A stretch of 64,000 nucleotides of DNA, taken from IMG/VR virus record IMGVR_UViG_3300016471_000568. One strand, given 5' to 3'. Each line of letters begins with the position of its first letter. Within the stretch, counting starts at the first letter, position 1. The translations under genes and the position numbers were made by a program. The notes beneath the pieces are model-generated. The model made no database searches, was not told the origin of the DNA, and saw nothing but the letters and a program-made list of their open reading frames with translations. Below, piece by piece: positions 9,013 through 19,818 of the stretch. Source of the DNA: an uncultured virus (IMG/VR IMGVR_UViG_3300016471_000568) (taxonomy: Duplodnaviria > Heunggongvirae > Uroviricota > Caudoviricetes).

Positions 9013-11481
9013 ATGGCAGAAAGAATAGTTTCACCTGGAGTATTTACTAGAGAAATTGATCAATCGTTTTTAGCACCGGGAATTGCTGCAATTGGTGCTG
9101 CAGTTATAGGACCAACAATAAAAGGTCCCGCATACATACCAACCACTGTTACGTCAGTTGCTGAATTTCAATCTATATTTGGAGGACATAGTGAAGAATT
9201 ATATGTTCCTTATGTAGTTGATGAATATTTTGCAAATGGTAATTCATTAACTGTTACTAGATTATTATATGAAGATGGATATCAATTAAATAATGGTGCT
9301 TTAGCAATTGTAGCAGAATCGGGATCTATTAAAGTAGTAACACATGTATTACATCCGGTGCAAGCTTGTTCAGGTAGTTCATTATTTGCTAATTCAATTT
9401 TAACTACCGGTAGCAACGGAAGTTTTGAATTAAAAATTTCCGGTTCATATTCAACGATATCAATACCTGGATTTTCTGGATTTACTTATCAAAATGGACA
9501 ACCGATATCAGCATCAATTAATTCTTCAGCAGCAGGAACATTTCCATATTTAACAAATTTATTAGGAACTTCGCCATCTAATACGGCATTTCCGGTTTAT
9601 GTGCAATATGAATATAAAAATGCATATAATTTATTTAATAATCCATCGTATATAACAGCATCGCTTCAAATCATCGATGATTATGAATTTTTACAAGATT
9701 ATAATCATGCATCAACACCGTGGATTACATCTCAATTATTTGGTGCAACAACAAAAAATCTTTTTAAATTTCATACTCTATCACATGGTACTAGCACCAA
9801 TCATGAACTTAAAATAATTATTTCAAACATTAAACATTCATCGGAAGTTATAGATCAATATCAATATGCAACATTTGATGTAACCGTTAGACGCGTTAAA
9901 AACACAGAAATTCCAAACTCACCATATGGAAACATCAATGATGATGATGTATTGAATCCAAATATTGTTGCTAGTAATACATTTGCAAATGTTAATTTGA
10001 ATCCAAATTCTCCTGATTTTATCGGACAAAGAATAGGAACAAGATATATTTCAATTGACGATTCATACAACGTATTAATTAATGGAGATTATGATAATCG
10101 ATCATCATATATTCGAGTAGAATTGGCTCCAGAAGTAACTAATAAAGCAATTAGCAATACAGCAATGCCATTTGGATTTAGAGCATTATATAGTCCAATA
10201 CCAATGTTAAGTGGTAGTACAAATATTGCATCTGCATCTTATAAAATAAATCAAACGCAACCCGGAGGTTCATATAATTCAAACATTGCTTTTGGGTTTG
10301 ATTTTAACATACAAAACAATTTAAATTATTTAGCACCCATACCAACATCTGGATCTAATACAGGCAGTAACAGTGATTTTTATTTAGGCGACATGTTTCA
10401 GCCAGCTCAAGCAAATTATCCAATATCCGTACCATACAGTGCGTCATTGCAAGCAGCACTAACCGGATCAGCTACTTCATTTGCAACAAATATTGCATTA
10501 AGTACAAGAAAATTTGCAGTTCCATTCCAAGGTGGATTTGATGGAACACGTCCAAATCTACCTAAATTTTCAGGACAAAATATTTCAGCCACTAACACAT
10601 TTGGATTTGATTGTAGCGGTACAACGACAACAGGTACTATTTCATATAGAAAAGCATTTAGCATATTATCAAATCAAGATTTGTATGATTTTAATTTGTT
10701 ATTAACTCCTGGTATACTTCATTATTATCACCCAATTGTAACAAACGAAGCTAGAAATTTAGTAACAAATCGTTCCGATGCATTTTACGTAATGGATTCG
10801 GTTGGTAAATCAGCTACCGTATCAGATGTGGTTAGTGCAGTACAAGGAATTGATAATAATTATACTGCAACATATTATCCATGGGTAAACATTAATAAAG
10901 CCACTGGCGGAACATTTTTTGTACCGCCATCTATAGTAGTTGCAGGAGCTCTTGCATTAAATGATGCAGTTCAAGCCCCATGGTTTGCTCCAGCTGGATT
11001 AAATCGAGGTGCATTAACTCAAGTAAATACATTAGCTATACAAACCGATCAAAATTCCCGAGATACATTGTATCAAGCAAGAATTAATCCAATAACAAAA
11101 TTTGCAGTTGGCGGACATTGTATTTGGGGACAAAAAACATTGCAATCATTACCTAGTGCATTGGATCGAGTCAATGTAAGAAGATTATTAATTGAAGTTA
11201 AAAAATTTATTGCATCTTCAACAAAATATTTAGTATTTGAACAAAATAGTGATGCAACTAGAGGTAAATTTTTAAATATTGTTAATCCGTATTTAGATGC
11301 AATACGTTTGCGACAAGGATTAAATGCGTTTAGAGTTGTAATGGATGCATCAAATAATACTAATGATTTGATTGATCAAAATATATTATACGGACAAATA
11401 TTTTTGCAACCAACTAGAACGGCTGAATTTATTATAATTGATTTTAATATTCAACCAACAGGTGCAGCATTTGCGGTATAA
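9013..11481 (+). CDS. Contractile tail sheath protein
   Basis: N-terminal SPGVFTREID; C-terminal PWFAPAGLNRG, INPI, WGQKTL, LDRVNVRRLL, FEQN and PTRTAEFI hallmarks. Confidence 0.95.
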   Translation: MAERIVSPGVFTREIDQSFLAPGIAAIGAAVIGPTIKGPAYIPTTVTSVAEFQSIFGGHSEELYVPYVVDEYFANGNSLTVTRLLYEDGYQLNNGALAIVAESGSIKVVTHVLHPVQACSGSSLFANSILTTGSNGSFELKISGSYSTISIPGFSGFTYQNGQPISASINSSAAGTFPYLTNLLGTSPSNTAFPVYVQYEYKNAYNLFNNPSYITASLQIIDDYEFLQDYNHASTPWITSQLFGATTKNLFKFHTLSHGTSTNHELKIIISNIKHSSEVIDQYQYATFDVTVRRVKNTEIPNSPYGNINDDDVLNPNIVASNTFANVNLNPNSPDFIGQRIGTRYISIDDSYNVLINGDYDNRSSYIRVELAPEVTNKAISNTAMPFGFRALYSPIPMLSGSTNIASASYKINQTQPGGSYNSNIAFGFDFNIQNNLNYLAPIPTSGSNTGSNSDFYLGDMFQPAQANYPISVPYSASLQAALTGSATSFATNIALSTRKFAVPFQGGFDGTRPNLPKFSGQNISATNTFGFDCSGTTTTGTISYRKAFSILSNQDLYDFNLLLTPGILHYYHPIVTNEARNLVTNRSDAFYVMDSVGKSATVSDVVSAVQGIDNNYTATYYPWVNINKATGGTFFVPPSIVVAGALALNDAVQAPWFAPAGLNRGALTQVNTLAIQTDQNSRDTLYQARINPITKFAVGGHCIWGQKTLQSLPSALDRVNVRRLLIEVKKFIASSTKYLVFEQNSDATRGKFLNIVNPYLDAIRLRQGLNAFRVVMDASNNTNDLIDQNILYGQIFLQPTRTAEFIIIDFNIQPTGAAFAV

Positions 11482-11544
11482 AAATATCAAAAGAAAACTT
11501 TACTTTTTTTTTAATTGATATATTTATATAAAAAAAGGATAATT

Positions 11545-12156
11545 ATGCCGTACCCACAAGGATCGCAATTTGATAACTTATTAACCAATCCGGGTTTTGT
11601 TTCAACAGGTCAAGCTCCGGCTGCCGGTACTCCAATTGGAGGGGTATATCCTAGTGCCCCATTAACGGATTATGGAGATGAAGCTGATTTTTATAACAAT
11701 GCATATACCTGGGAGCCAAAACGACAACATCAATTTATATTGTTATATTCAGGTATTCCGGCATATTTAATTAAAACTAGTGCAAAACCTAGTCTTACTA
11801 ATGGTGAAATTACATTGGATCATATCAATGTTAAACGCTATGTTAAAGGAAAAACAGCTTGGAATAGTATTGCAATAACAATATATGATGCAATTATACC
11901 ATCTGCAGCCCAGTCTGTAATAGAATGGGTTCGTTTACATCATGAATCAGTATCTGGACGAGATGGGTATTCAACTCAATACAAGAAAAATTTGACATTG
12001 CGACAATTATCACCAATTGGTGAAGTAATTGAAGAATGGACATTGTATGGTTGTTATTTGCAAGAAGTTAATTTCGGTAGTTTAGATTGGGGAGCCGAAG
12101 ATGTTGTTTCAATTGATGCAACGCTTCGATATGATTGGGCATTTTTAAATTATTAA
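11545..12156 (+). CDS. Tail tube protein (gp19-like)
   Basis: EPKR..F, KGK..W..I.IT.YD, EEW.L.G.....FGSLDW, LRYDWA; directly after the sheath; ATG at 11545 with AAGGA. Confidence 0.85.
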   Translation: MPYPQGSQFDNLLTNPGFVSTGQAPAAGTPIGGVYPSAPLTDYGDEADFYNNAYTWEPKRQHQFILLYSGIPAYLIKTSAKPSLTNGEITLDHINVKRYVKGKTAWNSIAITIYDAIIPSAAQSVIEWVRLHHESVSGRDGYSTQYKKNLTLRQLSPIGEVIEEWTLYGCYLQEVNFGSLDWGAEDVVSIDATLRYDWAFLNY

Positions 12157-12162
12157 AAAAAT

Positions 12163-12191
12163 ATAATGGGAGTTTTAGCTCCCATTATTTT
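12163..12191 (+). terminator. Rho-independent terminator after tail tube
   Basis: ATAATGGGAG(T)-TTTA-(G)CTCCCATTAT, 10-bp perfect stem followed by T residues. Confidence 0.75.
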
Positions 12192-12223
12192 GATATACAT
12201 TAAACAAGTTATAAAGGAATAAT

Positions 12224-12994
12224 ATGCCAGTAACAGACAGAATATCTGATAAAAATTTAATTGAATTAGCAAAACAACAATATGAATCTGCTAAGCAGAC
12301 CATGATACCTGCCAATGCAGTTTCGTTGCCTAGCTTGGGAAAAGTATATCCCGAATCAAGTCCTTTGCGTAAAGGATATGTAGAACTTCGACATATGACT
12401 GCATATGATGAAGATATTTTATCAAATACTACATATATTAAACAAGGAATTGTTTTTGATAAATTGCTTGAATCATTACTAATAACACCAATAAGTTTAG
12501 ACGATGTAATATCTGCAGACAAAGAAGCAATGATTATTTCAGCAAGAATACATGGTTATGGTGCAGATTATCCCGTAACGATTGTTGATCCAAATACTAA
12601 AAACGTGTTGCAACGCACATTGAAATTAGACAAATTAAAAACTAGAAATATAGAAACGGAATCAGATGAAAATGGCGAATTTACATATTTAATAGGAAAT
12701 CATTCAATTAAATATCGTCATATTTCTTCAAAATTGTTATCAACAATATCCGAACAAAATTCAATTTCGCAGTTGTTAGAACGAAGCATAACGGAAATTA
12801 ATGGTTCTAGAAAATCTGCAGACATTGTAGATTTTATTCGATATCAAATGACTCCATTGCAATCTAAACAATTTAGAAAACATCTTGAAGACACTGTACC
12901 TCGATTATTATTGCAAGCAGAATTTGATGGTGAAGATGGAGGCACCATAACTGCCGGGTTTCAATTTGGATCAGACCTTTTTTGGTTTGAGTAA
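12224..12994 (+). CDS. Tail assembly chaperone / baseplate hub assembly protein (gp26-like)
   Basis: LPSLGKVYP, MTAYDEDIL, DKEA..I.ARI.GYG.DY motifs; lies between tube and tape measure. Confidence 0.7.
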   Translation: MPVTDRISDKNLIELAKQQYESAKQTMIPANAVSLPSLGKVYPESSPLRKGYVELRHMTAYDEDILSNTTYIKQGIVFDKLLESLLITPISLDDVISADKEAMIISARIHGYGADYPVTIVDPNTKNVLQRTLKLDKLKTRNIETESDENGEFTYLIGNHSIKYRHISSKLLSTISEQNSISQLLERSITEINGSRKSADIVDFIRYQMTPLQSKQFRKHLEDTVPRLLLQAEFDGEDGGTITAGFQFGSDLFWFE

Positions 12995-13199
12995 AACACA
13001 TCGAGCTAGATTACACGAACAAATATTTGATATATTATGGGCCGGGCAAGGACGATGGTCGTGGACTGATATATATCATATGCCTATACCTATGCGACAA
13101 TTTTGGGTGCAACGTATCAATGATAAAATTATAGATGCTAAAACACCAAAAACAAACAAAACGGAGCCATCGCGTCCACCTAAAAACAAAACTTTGTAA
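12978..13199 (+). CDS. Frameshift-extension segment of the tail assembly chaperone
   Basis: No convincing start of its own; overlaps the upstream ORF at a T6 run; W.W.DIY.MP..MR.FW motif typical of chaperone extensions. Confidence 0.7.
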   Translation, partial: FFGLSKTHRARLHEQIFDILWAGQGRWSWTDIYHMPIPMRQFWVQRINDKIIDAKTPKTNKTEPSRPPKNKTL

Positions 13200-13217
13200 T
13201 TGAATATTTATTGATAT

Positions 13218-15092
13218 ATGAAACTGCATTTAATACATCGTTTTAAACAACAACCCAGACTTGGTGGCACACCTCCCAAAACAACATTTATTGATAAAAC
13301 CTCCGCCAACATAAAAGATTTACAACAAAGCATACAAACTGCAGCACAATCCTTGGAGGATTTTCATTTAGTTATAGATAACATAGCTGAGATATATGAT
13401 AAGTTCAATAACACAACGTTATCATTGGGCTTAGGAATCAATAAGTTAGCAGGGTTTCAAGACAAAGTAAACGCAAAAATAGTACAAGGAGTTAAAGATT
13501 CAACATTTTTAGAACAAAGAAATGCAAGTCTTGCAAAAACTTTAGGCATTCATGGTAGAAAGGCCTTTGAATTGGGTAAGCAGTATGACGATTTAAATAC
13601 TTTTTTAAAAATTGGCGGCGAAGAAATACGAAAATTTGGAATAAATTTAAATAAAATTGCGCCTGGTTATGCAAAAGCAATTGTTGGTGGAGGTAATTTT
13701 GGTAAAAATTTGTTGATGACACAACGTATTTTAACAAAAAATATAGGATTATCTGAAGATGCAGCAAACAAATATGAATTATATGCTACAGGCGTAGGTG
13801 CAGACAGCACTGCAATGATTGATTATCAAAGAAAATTAGCAGAGCAAATTGAGAAGAATACTGGATTAACCAATCAATTTGCTAGTATTGTTACGGATAT
13901 TGCTGCACTTAGCGAAGACATACAAATGCAATTCGGAAAAACTCCCGGAAGTTTAGAATTAGCCGTATTAAAAGCCAAGCAATTAGGAATGACATTTGAT
14001 AAAATTGATGCAGCAGCTACTAGTGCATTTAATATTGAACAAAGTATTGGTCAAGAAATTGAATATCAATTATTATCTGGAAAACGATTAGTAGATGCAG
14101 ATGGAAAAAGTTTAACAAACAAATTGCGAATAGCCAAAGCAATGGGTAATGCCAATGACATGGCTCAGGCTACTGCGGAAATTTTTGAAACACAACAATC
14201 AACATTAGAAGGAAATAATTTTTTAGCTCAAGAACAGCTGGCTGCTTTAATGGGTATGTCGCGACAAGAATTAATGCGAGCATATCAACAACAAAAACTT
14301 CAAAAAAAAATTCAGGCCGCAGCCACCGCAGCAGGGACTAAAATCGATGTTGATGCATTGATGAAAATGGATGAATCGCAAATTGCAGAAACATTAAAAA
14401 CAACCGGAATGTCTCAAGCAGAAATGGAAAAGTTATTACGAGATATCAAAGACAATACATCCCCACAAACAACAGATCAAATGCTTGCTGAACTTTTAGA
14501 CATGGCTCGCACTGATGGAATCAAAATCCAAGGTGGGTCTATTGATTTCGACACGATGCGCACCGCAGGATTAGATTTAGAAAAGGCAACTACGAAGTTA
14601 ACGGCGTTTGCACGCGACTCAAATTTTGCTGGAGTATATGGGGGCATTCAAGCATTGAAACAAATTCCTGGTGAAGAGCTTGAAACGTTTGCCAAGACCA
14701 TTCCCATAGTATCCAATGCGATGAAAGCGTTAAATACAGCCATCGAACAGGTGACCAAATTGGTTGATTACAGTGCAGCAACCAGCGGACGTACCGGAAC
14801 CTCGTTGGGCAGCGTAACGACTGACGAAGAGCAGGATGCTATAATCATGAATGATGGAATAGTAAAATTTCATCCTTCTGATAAATTCATGCAAGTCAAC
14901 GATTCAACCATGATTGCGGGAACAAATGTTGATGGAAATCGAAAATTAGCTCGAGCTATTACGGGAGGTGCAGATACAAACAAAATGATTTCTGCAATTC
15001 GTTCTGCATTGCAAGGTATGTCAATACATGTACATGTGGACCCAATGAAAATACAAAATGAAATTAAATTTAATACAAGAGGAATCAATTAA
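13218..15092 (+). CDS. Tape measure-like protein
   Basis: Ala/Gln/Lys-rich helical 624 aa protein after the chaperone; late-type motif at 13204. Confidence 0.65.
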   Translation: MKLHLIHRFKQQPRLGGTPPKTTFIDKTSANIKDLQQSIQTAAQSLEDFHLVIDNIAEIYDKFNNTTLSLGLGINKLAGFQDKVNAKIVQGVKDSTFLEQRNASLAKTLGIHGRKAFELGKQYDDLNTFLKIGGEEIRKFGINLNKIAPGYAKAIVGGGNFGKNLLMTQRILTKNIGLSEDAANKYELYATGVGADSTAMIDYQRKLAEQIEKNTGLTNQFASIVTDIAALSEDIQMQFGKTPGSLELAVLKAKQLGMTFDKIDAAATSAFNIEQSIGQEIEYQLLSGKRLVDADGKSLTNKLRIAKAMGNANDMAQATAEIFETQQSTLEGNNFLAQEQLAALMGMSRQELMRAYQQQKLQKKIQAAATAAGTKIDVDALMKMDESQIAETLKTTGMSQAEMEKLLRDIKDNTSPQTTDQMLAELLDMARTDGIKIQGGSIDFDTMRTAGLDLEKATTKLTAFARDSNFAGVYGGIQALKQIPGEELETFAKTIPIVSNAMKALNTAIEQVTKLVDYSAATSGRTGTSLGSVTTDEEQDAIIMNDGIVKFHPSDKFMQVNDSTMIAGTNVDGNRKLARAITGGADTNKMISAIRSALQGMSIHVHVDPMKIQNEIKFNTRGIN

Positions 15093-16606
15093 TGAGTATT
15101 GCATCATTATATGGTACCGGATTATGGAGAAACCAAAGTTTATCAACATTTAGTGTGCAAGCTGCACTATTTGGTGCATCATCATTGGGAGCCGGATTAG
15201 GAGTTTCGCAAATTGGAGGAATTGCCGATAATATTTTAAAATTATCCGGCGTAAACACAGACACATCATTGTATGCAACAAGCCCACCATGGCAACTTAA
15301 TCCAAATTCAAATCCATTAAATGTATTTAACGTATTAAATGACTTTAGATCTAGACTTGGAAATAATTCGTTTGCTCCATCTTTATTGAATCGATTAGAT
15401 GGATTTAGTGCGGCAACACGAGGATCAGTTAAAGCTGCAGCCTATGCTGCATTATCATTATCACCCATTAATGGAGGTGCATATTCAGTATTCAATTTAA
15501 ATAGTGTAGGCAAACTAGGGTATGGTTTAGGAGATCATGGTAACATAAACATTCCTAGAAAAGATTTTACCGCACAAAGTTTTGTTGCAACAGCTTGGAA
15601 TTTTGTTACAAAACAATGGAGTCCTGTTAAAAATCCATTATCAATGTTTACTGCATTTCGTGGAGATCGAGTTACAGTAATAGATTTTAGCAAACGAAAT
15701 TTAAAATCAATTTATAAATGGTATCCACGAAAAATTTTCGGATTGGATCCGGGTGAATTTGGGATGACTCGAGATTTCATTAAATTTTTTATAACAGGAC
15801 CAAGTTTATCGGCTGATAAAAAAAATAGTGACGATGAAGATGATATCATAGTTTTTCGTGCAACTATTAGCAGTTTAAGCGATGCACACTCACCAAGTTG
15901 GAGTCCTATTACCATGATAGGTAGAGCCGATCCAAATTATTTGTATAGTGGATATTCTCGTGAAGTAAGCTTAGATTTTGTAATTTATGCATCGGATAGA
16001 GATGAATTAAAACCTATATATAGAAAATTAAATGCATTAGCTGGATATACAACACCAGATTACGGATTAGATCCAACTGCTAATAGACAAACAACTGCTA
16101 ACGGACAAACAGTTAAAAATACTACAACTATAGGATATAAAGCACCATGGATGCGAATAACTATAGGAGATTTATTTTATCAACAACCTGTTGCAATTAA
16201 TTCATTATCATATACATTGTATGATTCAGATACACCATGGGAAACAAATCAATTAGATGATCCGCAAATGATGCAAGTACCTTTAAAAATCAACGTTTCA
16301 TTGGGATTGCATATGATTACGGATTGGTTACCGCAAAAAGGTGGACAATTTTATTCATTGTCACAACGATTTGATAAATTTGGAAGTCATCCTGGAAATG
16401 ATAATTGGTTAAGTGATACCGTTACTGCAAAACAAGCGGATGCAGAACGATATAAAGGTTTAAATGAAACTGACGAAAAAATAAAACGAAGTGAAACAGA
16501 AACACAAAAATATGGACAAACGCCAAAACAAAATACTACGGAAGTCGTAAAAGAAAAAGGATTTGATCGAGAATCTCGTCGACTAACAAAATTAGGAAAA
16601 CGATAA
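15092..16606 (+). CDS. Baseplate/tail-tube initiator-like protein
   Basis: FRA.I..LSD...P.W.....GRA...Y.Y.GYSRE.SL.F and AP.MR.TIGD motifs; synteny. Confidence 0.55.
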   Translation: MSIASLYGTGLWRNQSLSTFSVQAALFGASSLGAGLGVSQIGGIADNILKLSGVNTDTSLYATSPPWQLNPNSNPLNVFNVLNDFRSRLGNNSFAPSLLNRLDGFSAATRGSVKAAAYAALSLSPINGGAYSVFNLNSVGKLGYGLGDHGNINIPRKDFTAQSFVATAWNFVTKQWSPVKNPLSMFTAFRGDRVTVIDFSKRNLKSIYKWYPRKIFGLDPGEFGMTRDFIKFFITGPSLSADKKNSDDEDDIIVFRATISSLSDAHSPSWSPITMIGRADPNYLYSGYSREVSLDFVIYASDRDELKPIYRKLNALAGYTTPDYGLDPTANRQTTANGQTVKNTTTIGYKAPWMRITIGDLFYQQPVAINSLSYTLYDSDTPWETNQLDDPQMMQVPLKINVSLGLHMITDWLPQKGGQFYSLSQRFDKFGSHPGNDNWLSDTVTAKQADAERYKGLNETDEKIKRSETETQKYGQTPKQNTTEVVKEKGFDRESRRLTKLGKR

Positions 16607-16618
16607 AGGAACTGATAT

Positions 16619-16918
16619 ATGTCTAGATATGGTATTACGAAACAATTACAAACAGATTCGGGTAAACGAAAATTAGAAACAACTATCATACAAAATTTAC
16701 CAGTTACCAATTCAGATATATTCATACAAATAAGCGCACCTGAACGATTAGATCAACTATCATATAAATTTTATGGTAATACGGATGATTGGTGGATTAT
16801 TGCAACCGCTAATGGTTTAGGAAAAGGTTCATTATGGACTCCAAAAAATATTGTTATTCGTATACCTAAATATCAAGCAATTACTGATTATATTAGACAA
16901 AAAAACATTGAACGATGA
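16619..16918 (+). CDS. LysM/tail-X-like baseplate wedge protein
   Basis: RLDQLSYKFYG...WWIIA.AN...IRIP. Confidence 0.75.
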   Translation: MSRYGITKQLQTDSGKRKLETTIIQNLPVTNSDIFIQISAPERLDQLSYKFYGNTDDWWIIATANGLGKGSLWTPKNIVIRIPKYQAITDYIRQKNIER

Positions 16919-19173
16919 GTGATATTTTTTATTCGCAAGTAGATACTAATTTACAAATTGAATTAAATGCACGTGCACGAGCTGGCAAATTATCTCGTAC
17001 AACTAGAGATTTACAATTCATGTTAGAAAAAATTGCAAATTGCGAAGTTATTGCATATGCAGGAAATCAACGAGATGAAACGCAAATTGTACATCGATTA
17101 GGTGGAAAAAACGTATTAAATGGTGAATATCTACCTAGTGGAGAAAATGGTTGGTTAACTAATCGTATATATACATTAAAAAACACAAAATGGGCGGCAA
17201 AAGCTGGCAACTTTGACGTACCCGGTCCCAGCAACAGTGGCATGAAACCCCCGGTAATTTCTATAGACCAATCAGTATCATCTCAAGATTATTCCAATTC
17301 TTCATTTAGAATACCACCATTTATTACTTCTGCAGATATTACGATTGCAGATAATTCCATGGGTACATTAAATAAATCAACGATCAACATAACAATTCCA
17401 AATCCAGATAGAGATTTAGACTTTATGGAATCAGTATACGGAAGACCAGGACGATATTTATCAGTAACCTTTGCACATCCCGATTCGGCAATTGTTTCAC
17501 AAGAAGAAACTCAAGGATTACTTACAACAAACTCATTACCTAACGAAGAAATAATTAAACGATTATATCCAAATACTCCGTACAATGAACTTAGAAAACT
17601 AAATCAATTAATGTTTGAAGGATTATTAACATCATTTGAATATTCATACAATACCGATGGTACTGTTTCTATGACAATATACATGACCGGAACAAGCAAT
17701 ACATATACAGATTTATCATTGATAATGTCAGGTTCTTCAACGGAAACAAACACAAACAACGTGCCCATTTTAACTGAATCAACTACATTTTATGAAACAA
17801 TGTACAAAGAAATCGATAGCTTGTTTCAAAAAAAAGAAGCTGAACGTTTGGGAAATACTAGTATACCGCCAATTAAACGTGCATATAACGAAAACATACA
17901 AAATGCAACTGAGCAACGATTTTTAAGTAATAATGAACGATGGTGGACTTTTGGAGACTCGTTAAGCAGTAAATACAATCGTTACATAACATTAAACTAT
18001 TTAATATTTTTTATCAATCAAAAAATTTTATCAAAAATGAACAATGTTGTAGATGTCCCAATAATACAATGTTCAACGGAATGGGGCCATTATTCAAAAT
18101 ATTTACCATATTTATGTTCATGTGATCCGGATAATATATTATTTTTTACCGCAGAAACAGATGATACTTTCCTAAATCAAACCGATGTATATGGTGCAAC
18201 ATCTGCAGGCAACGTGCGAAAATGGATAAATGAGAACTTTTATAATAAAATTGATCCAGACTCTTCTTGGACAGATGTATATTCTGCAAAGTCATTTCCG
18301 GAAAATGATGCCGATGCAGGCGAAACTCGTTATAAACCAAGCTTGATTCGAATAAATTTAGAATTAATAAAAAACATTTTAACTGAAATTAATGAAAATA
18401 ACAGTTTTAACGTTCATGAATTTTTGCGAAAAATAAGTGAAAAAATTGAAACTGCTTCTGGCGGATGGATTCGTATGAAATTGGTAACTGATCCTATAGA
18501 TCAAAATGTATTGTATTATTTAGATGCAAATTATATTAATTTTGCCGATGTAACGCCCTATGAAGTTCCCATGTTTGCAAATCACCGTTATGGTACAATT
18601 GTTAGAGATTTTGCATTTAGATCAAAACTTCCACAATCAGTACAGGGTTTAATGTATACAATTAATCAAAGCAATAATGTATCTGAAGAATCAATTGCAC
18701 CATATTTACATTTTATGTATAATAATGCAACTATAACAAGAAATGGAAATGTAGAAACATCCAGTACTGGACCATCAAAAGAACAACTGCAAAAATTAGC
18801 AAATGAGTATTCTATACTACATACAAAATATGTTGAAGAATTAATAGCTGCACGTGAAAATTTTGGAAATAATCCAACTGATGAAAACAAACGCATTGCA
18901 TTATCAACGGCATTAAAAAAATATATACAATATCCATATCCTGAAATACAAAAATCTAATGATGCATTAGCTCCATTATTTCCAATGGAAATAGAATTTA
19001 CTATAGATGGAATTAATGGATTACGTTATGGAGATGTATTAGATTTTCCAGGATTACCTGCCAGATATAGAAATCATATGACATTTTCTATTAAAACATT
19101 GTCACATACTCTGAGTACGAGTGGAGATTGGACGTTAAAAATTATAACATTACTTCGACCAAAATTTGATTGA
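16915..19173 (+). CDS. Putative baseplate hub protein
   Basis: 752 aa; C-terminal P.E.EFTIDGI.GL.YGD...LP.RY...F.I....H.....W pattern; synteny. Confidence 0.5.
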   Translation: MSDIFYSQVDTNLQIELNARARAGKLSRTTRDLQFMLEKIANCEVIAYAGNQRDETQIVHRLGGKNVLNGEYLPSGENGWLTNRIYTLKNTKWAAKAGNFDVPGPSNSGMKPPVISIDQSVSSQDYSNSSFRIPPFITSADITIADNSMGTLNKSTINITIPNPDRDLDFMESVYGRPGRYLSVTFAHPDSAIVSQEETQGLLTTNSLPNEEIIKRLYPNTPYNELRKLNQLMFEGLLTSFEYSYNTDGTVSMTIYMTGTSNTYTDLSLIMSGSSTETNTNNVPILTESTTFYETMYKEIDSLFQKKEAERLGNTSIPPIKRAYNENIQNATEQRFLSNNERWWTFGDSLSSKYNRYITLNYLIFFINQKILSKMNNVVDVPIIQCSTEWGHYSKYLPYLCSCDPDNILFFTAETDDTFLNQTDVYGATSAGNVRKWINENFYNKIDPDSSWTDVYSAKSFPENDADAGETRYKPSLIRINLELIKNILTEINENNSFNVHEFLRKISEKIETASGGWIRMKLVTDPIDQNVLYYLDANYINFADVTPYEVPMFANHRYGTIVRDFAFRSKLPQSVQGLMYTINQSNNVSEESIAPYLHFMYNNATITRNGNVETSSTGPSKEQLQKLANEYSILHTKYVEELIAARENFGNNPTDENKRIALSTALKKYIQYPYPEIQKSNDALAPLFPMEIEFTIDGINGLRYGDVLDFPGLPARYRNHMTFSIKTLSHTLSTSGDWTLKIITLLRPKFD

Positions 19174-19174
19174 T

Positions 19175-19795
19175 ATGTCACGATTAAAATTAAAATATAG
19201 CAAAGCAGAAACCAAAGAAAATCTATATACCTTTGGAAAAGAATGGCAATTAAAAGATGGCGTTGAATATATAGGTTCATATCATCGTTATGATTCTACC
19301 AACGAAGTGTATACTCAGCCAACTTGGAATTCTACTACATCAAAACAATTATTTGAATATCAAGAACAATCATCAATAATTTCTACTTATAAAAAATTAA
19401 AAAATATAGCAGTTAAATTTGATCATATACGAGAACATCGAGTTTCATTAACAAAAAATGACATACGAAACGGATTTATTACGAGATATTTTTTAAAAAA
19501 AGTTAATGAAACTTTAATCATTGAAATTTCTGCAGAAACTGCAAAAATGTATTCAGAACAAAAAATTGATAATAATCAATATGAATTAGGTTTAATAAAA
19601 TGGGTAATTACTGGAACTATAGAAACAAATAATGTATCAATATCAATTCCTGGCGTAGTTGATATAAATAATACATCTATTAAACAATTGGAAAAAACGT
19701 TGCCTGGAATTTCAAATAAATTAAACAACCCATTAGAATTTTATATAGATTCTGATTATGTTGTGCCTGTAGACATTAACGGGTTGGATTCGTAA
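19175..19795 (+). CDS. Hypothetical baseplate-region protein
   Basis: NLYT.GKE, Y.G.YH, G.ITRYF.KK.N motifs; last gene of the tail module. Confidence 0.5.
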   Translation: MSRLKLKYSKAETKENLYTFGKEWQLKDGVEYIGSYHRYDSTNEVYTQPTWNSTTSKQLFEYQEQSSIISTYKKLKNIAVKFDHIREHRVSLTKNDIRNGFITRYFLKKVNETLIIEISAETAKMYSEQKIDNNQYELGLIKWVITGTIETNNVSISIPGVVDINNTSIKQLEKTLPGISNKLNNPLEFYIDSDYVVPVDINGLDS

Positions 19796-19818
19796 CGTGT
19801 TTTTCTTATTATTTGCAT

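Noticed and set aside
11482..11515. Terminator after the tail sheath
   Set aside because: A T-run is present but the only possible stem is weak and A/T-only; not supportable.
12966..12994. Sequencing error explaining the split chaperone ORF
   Set aside because: Position between tube and tape measure and the slippery T-run match the known programmed-frameshift arrangement, though a homopolymer error cannot be excluded without reads.
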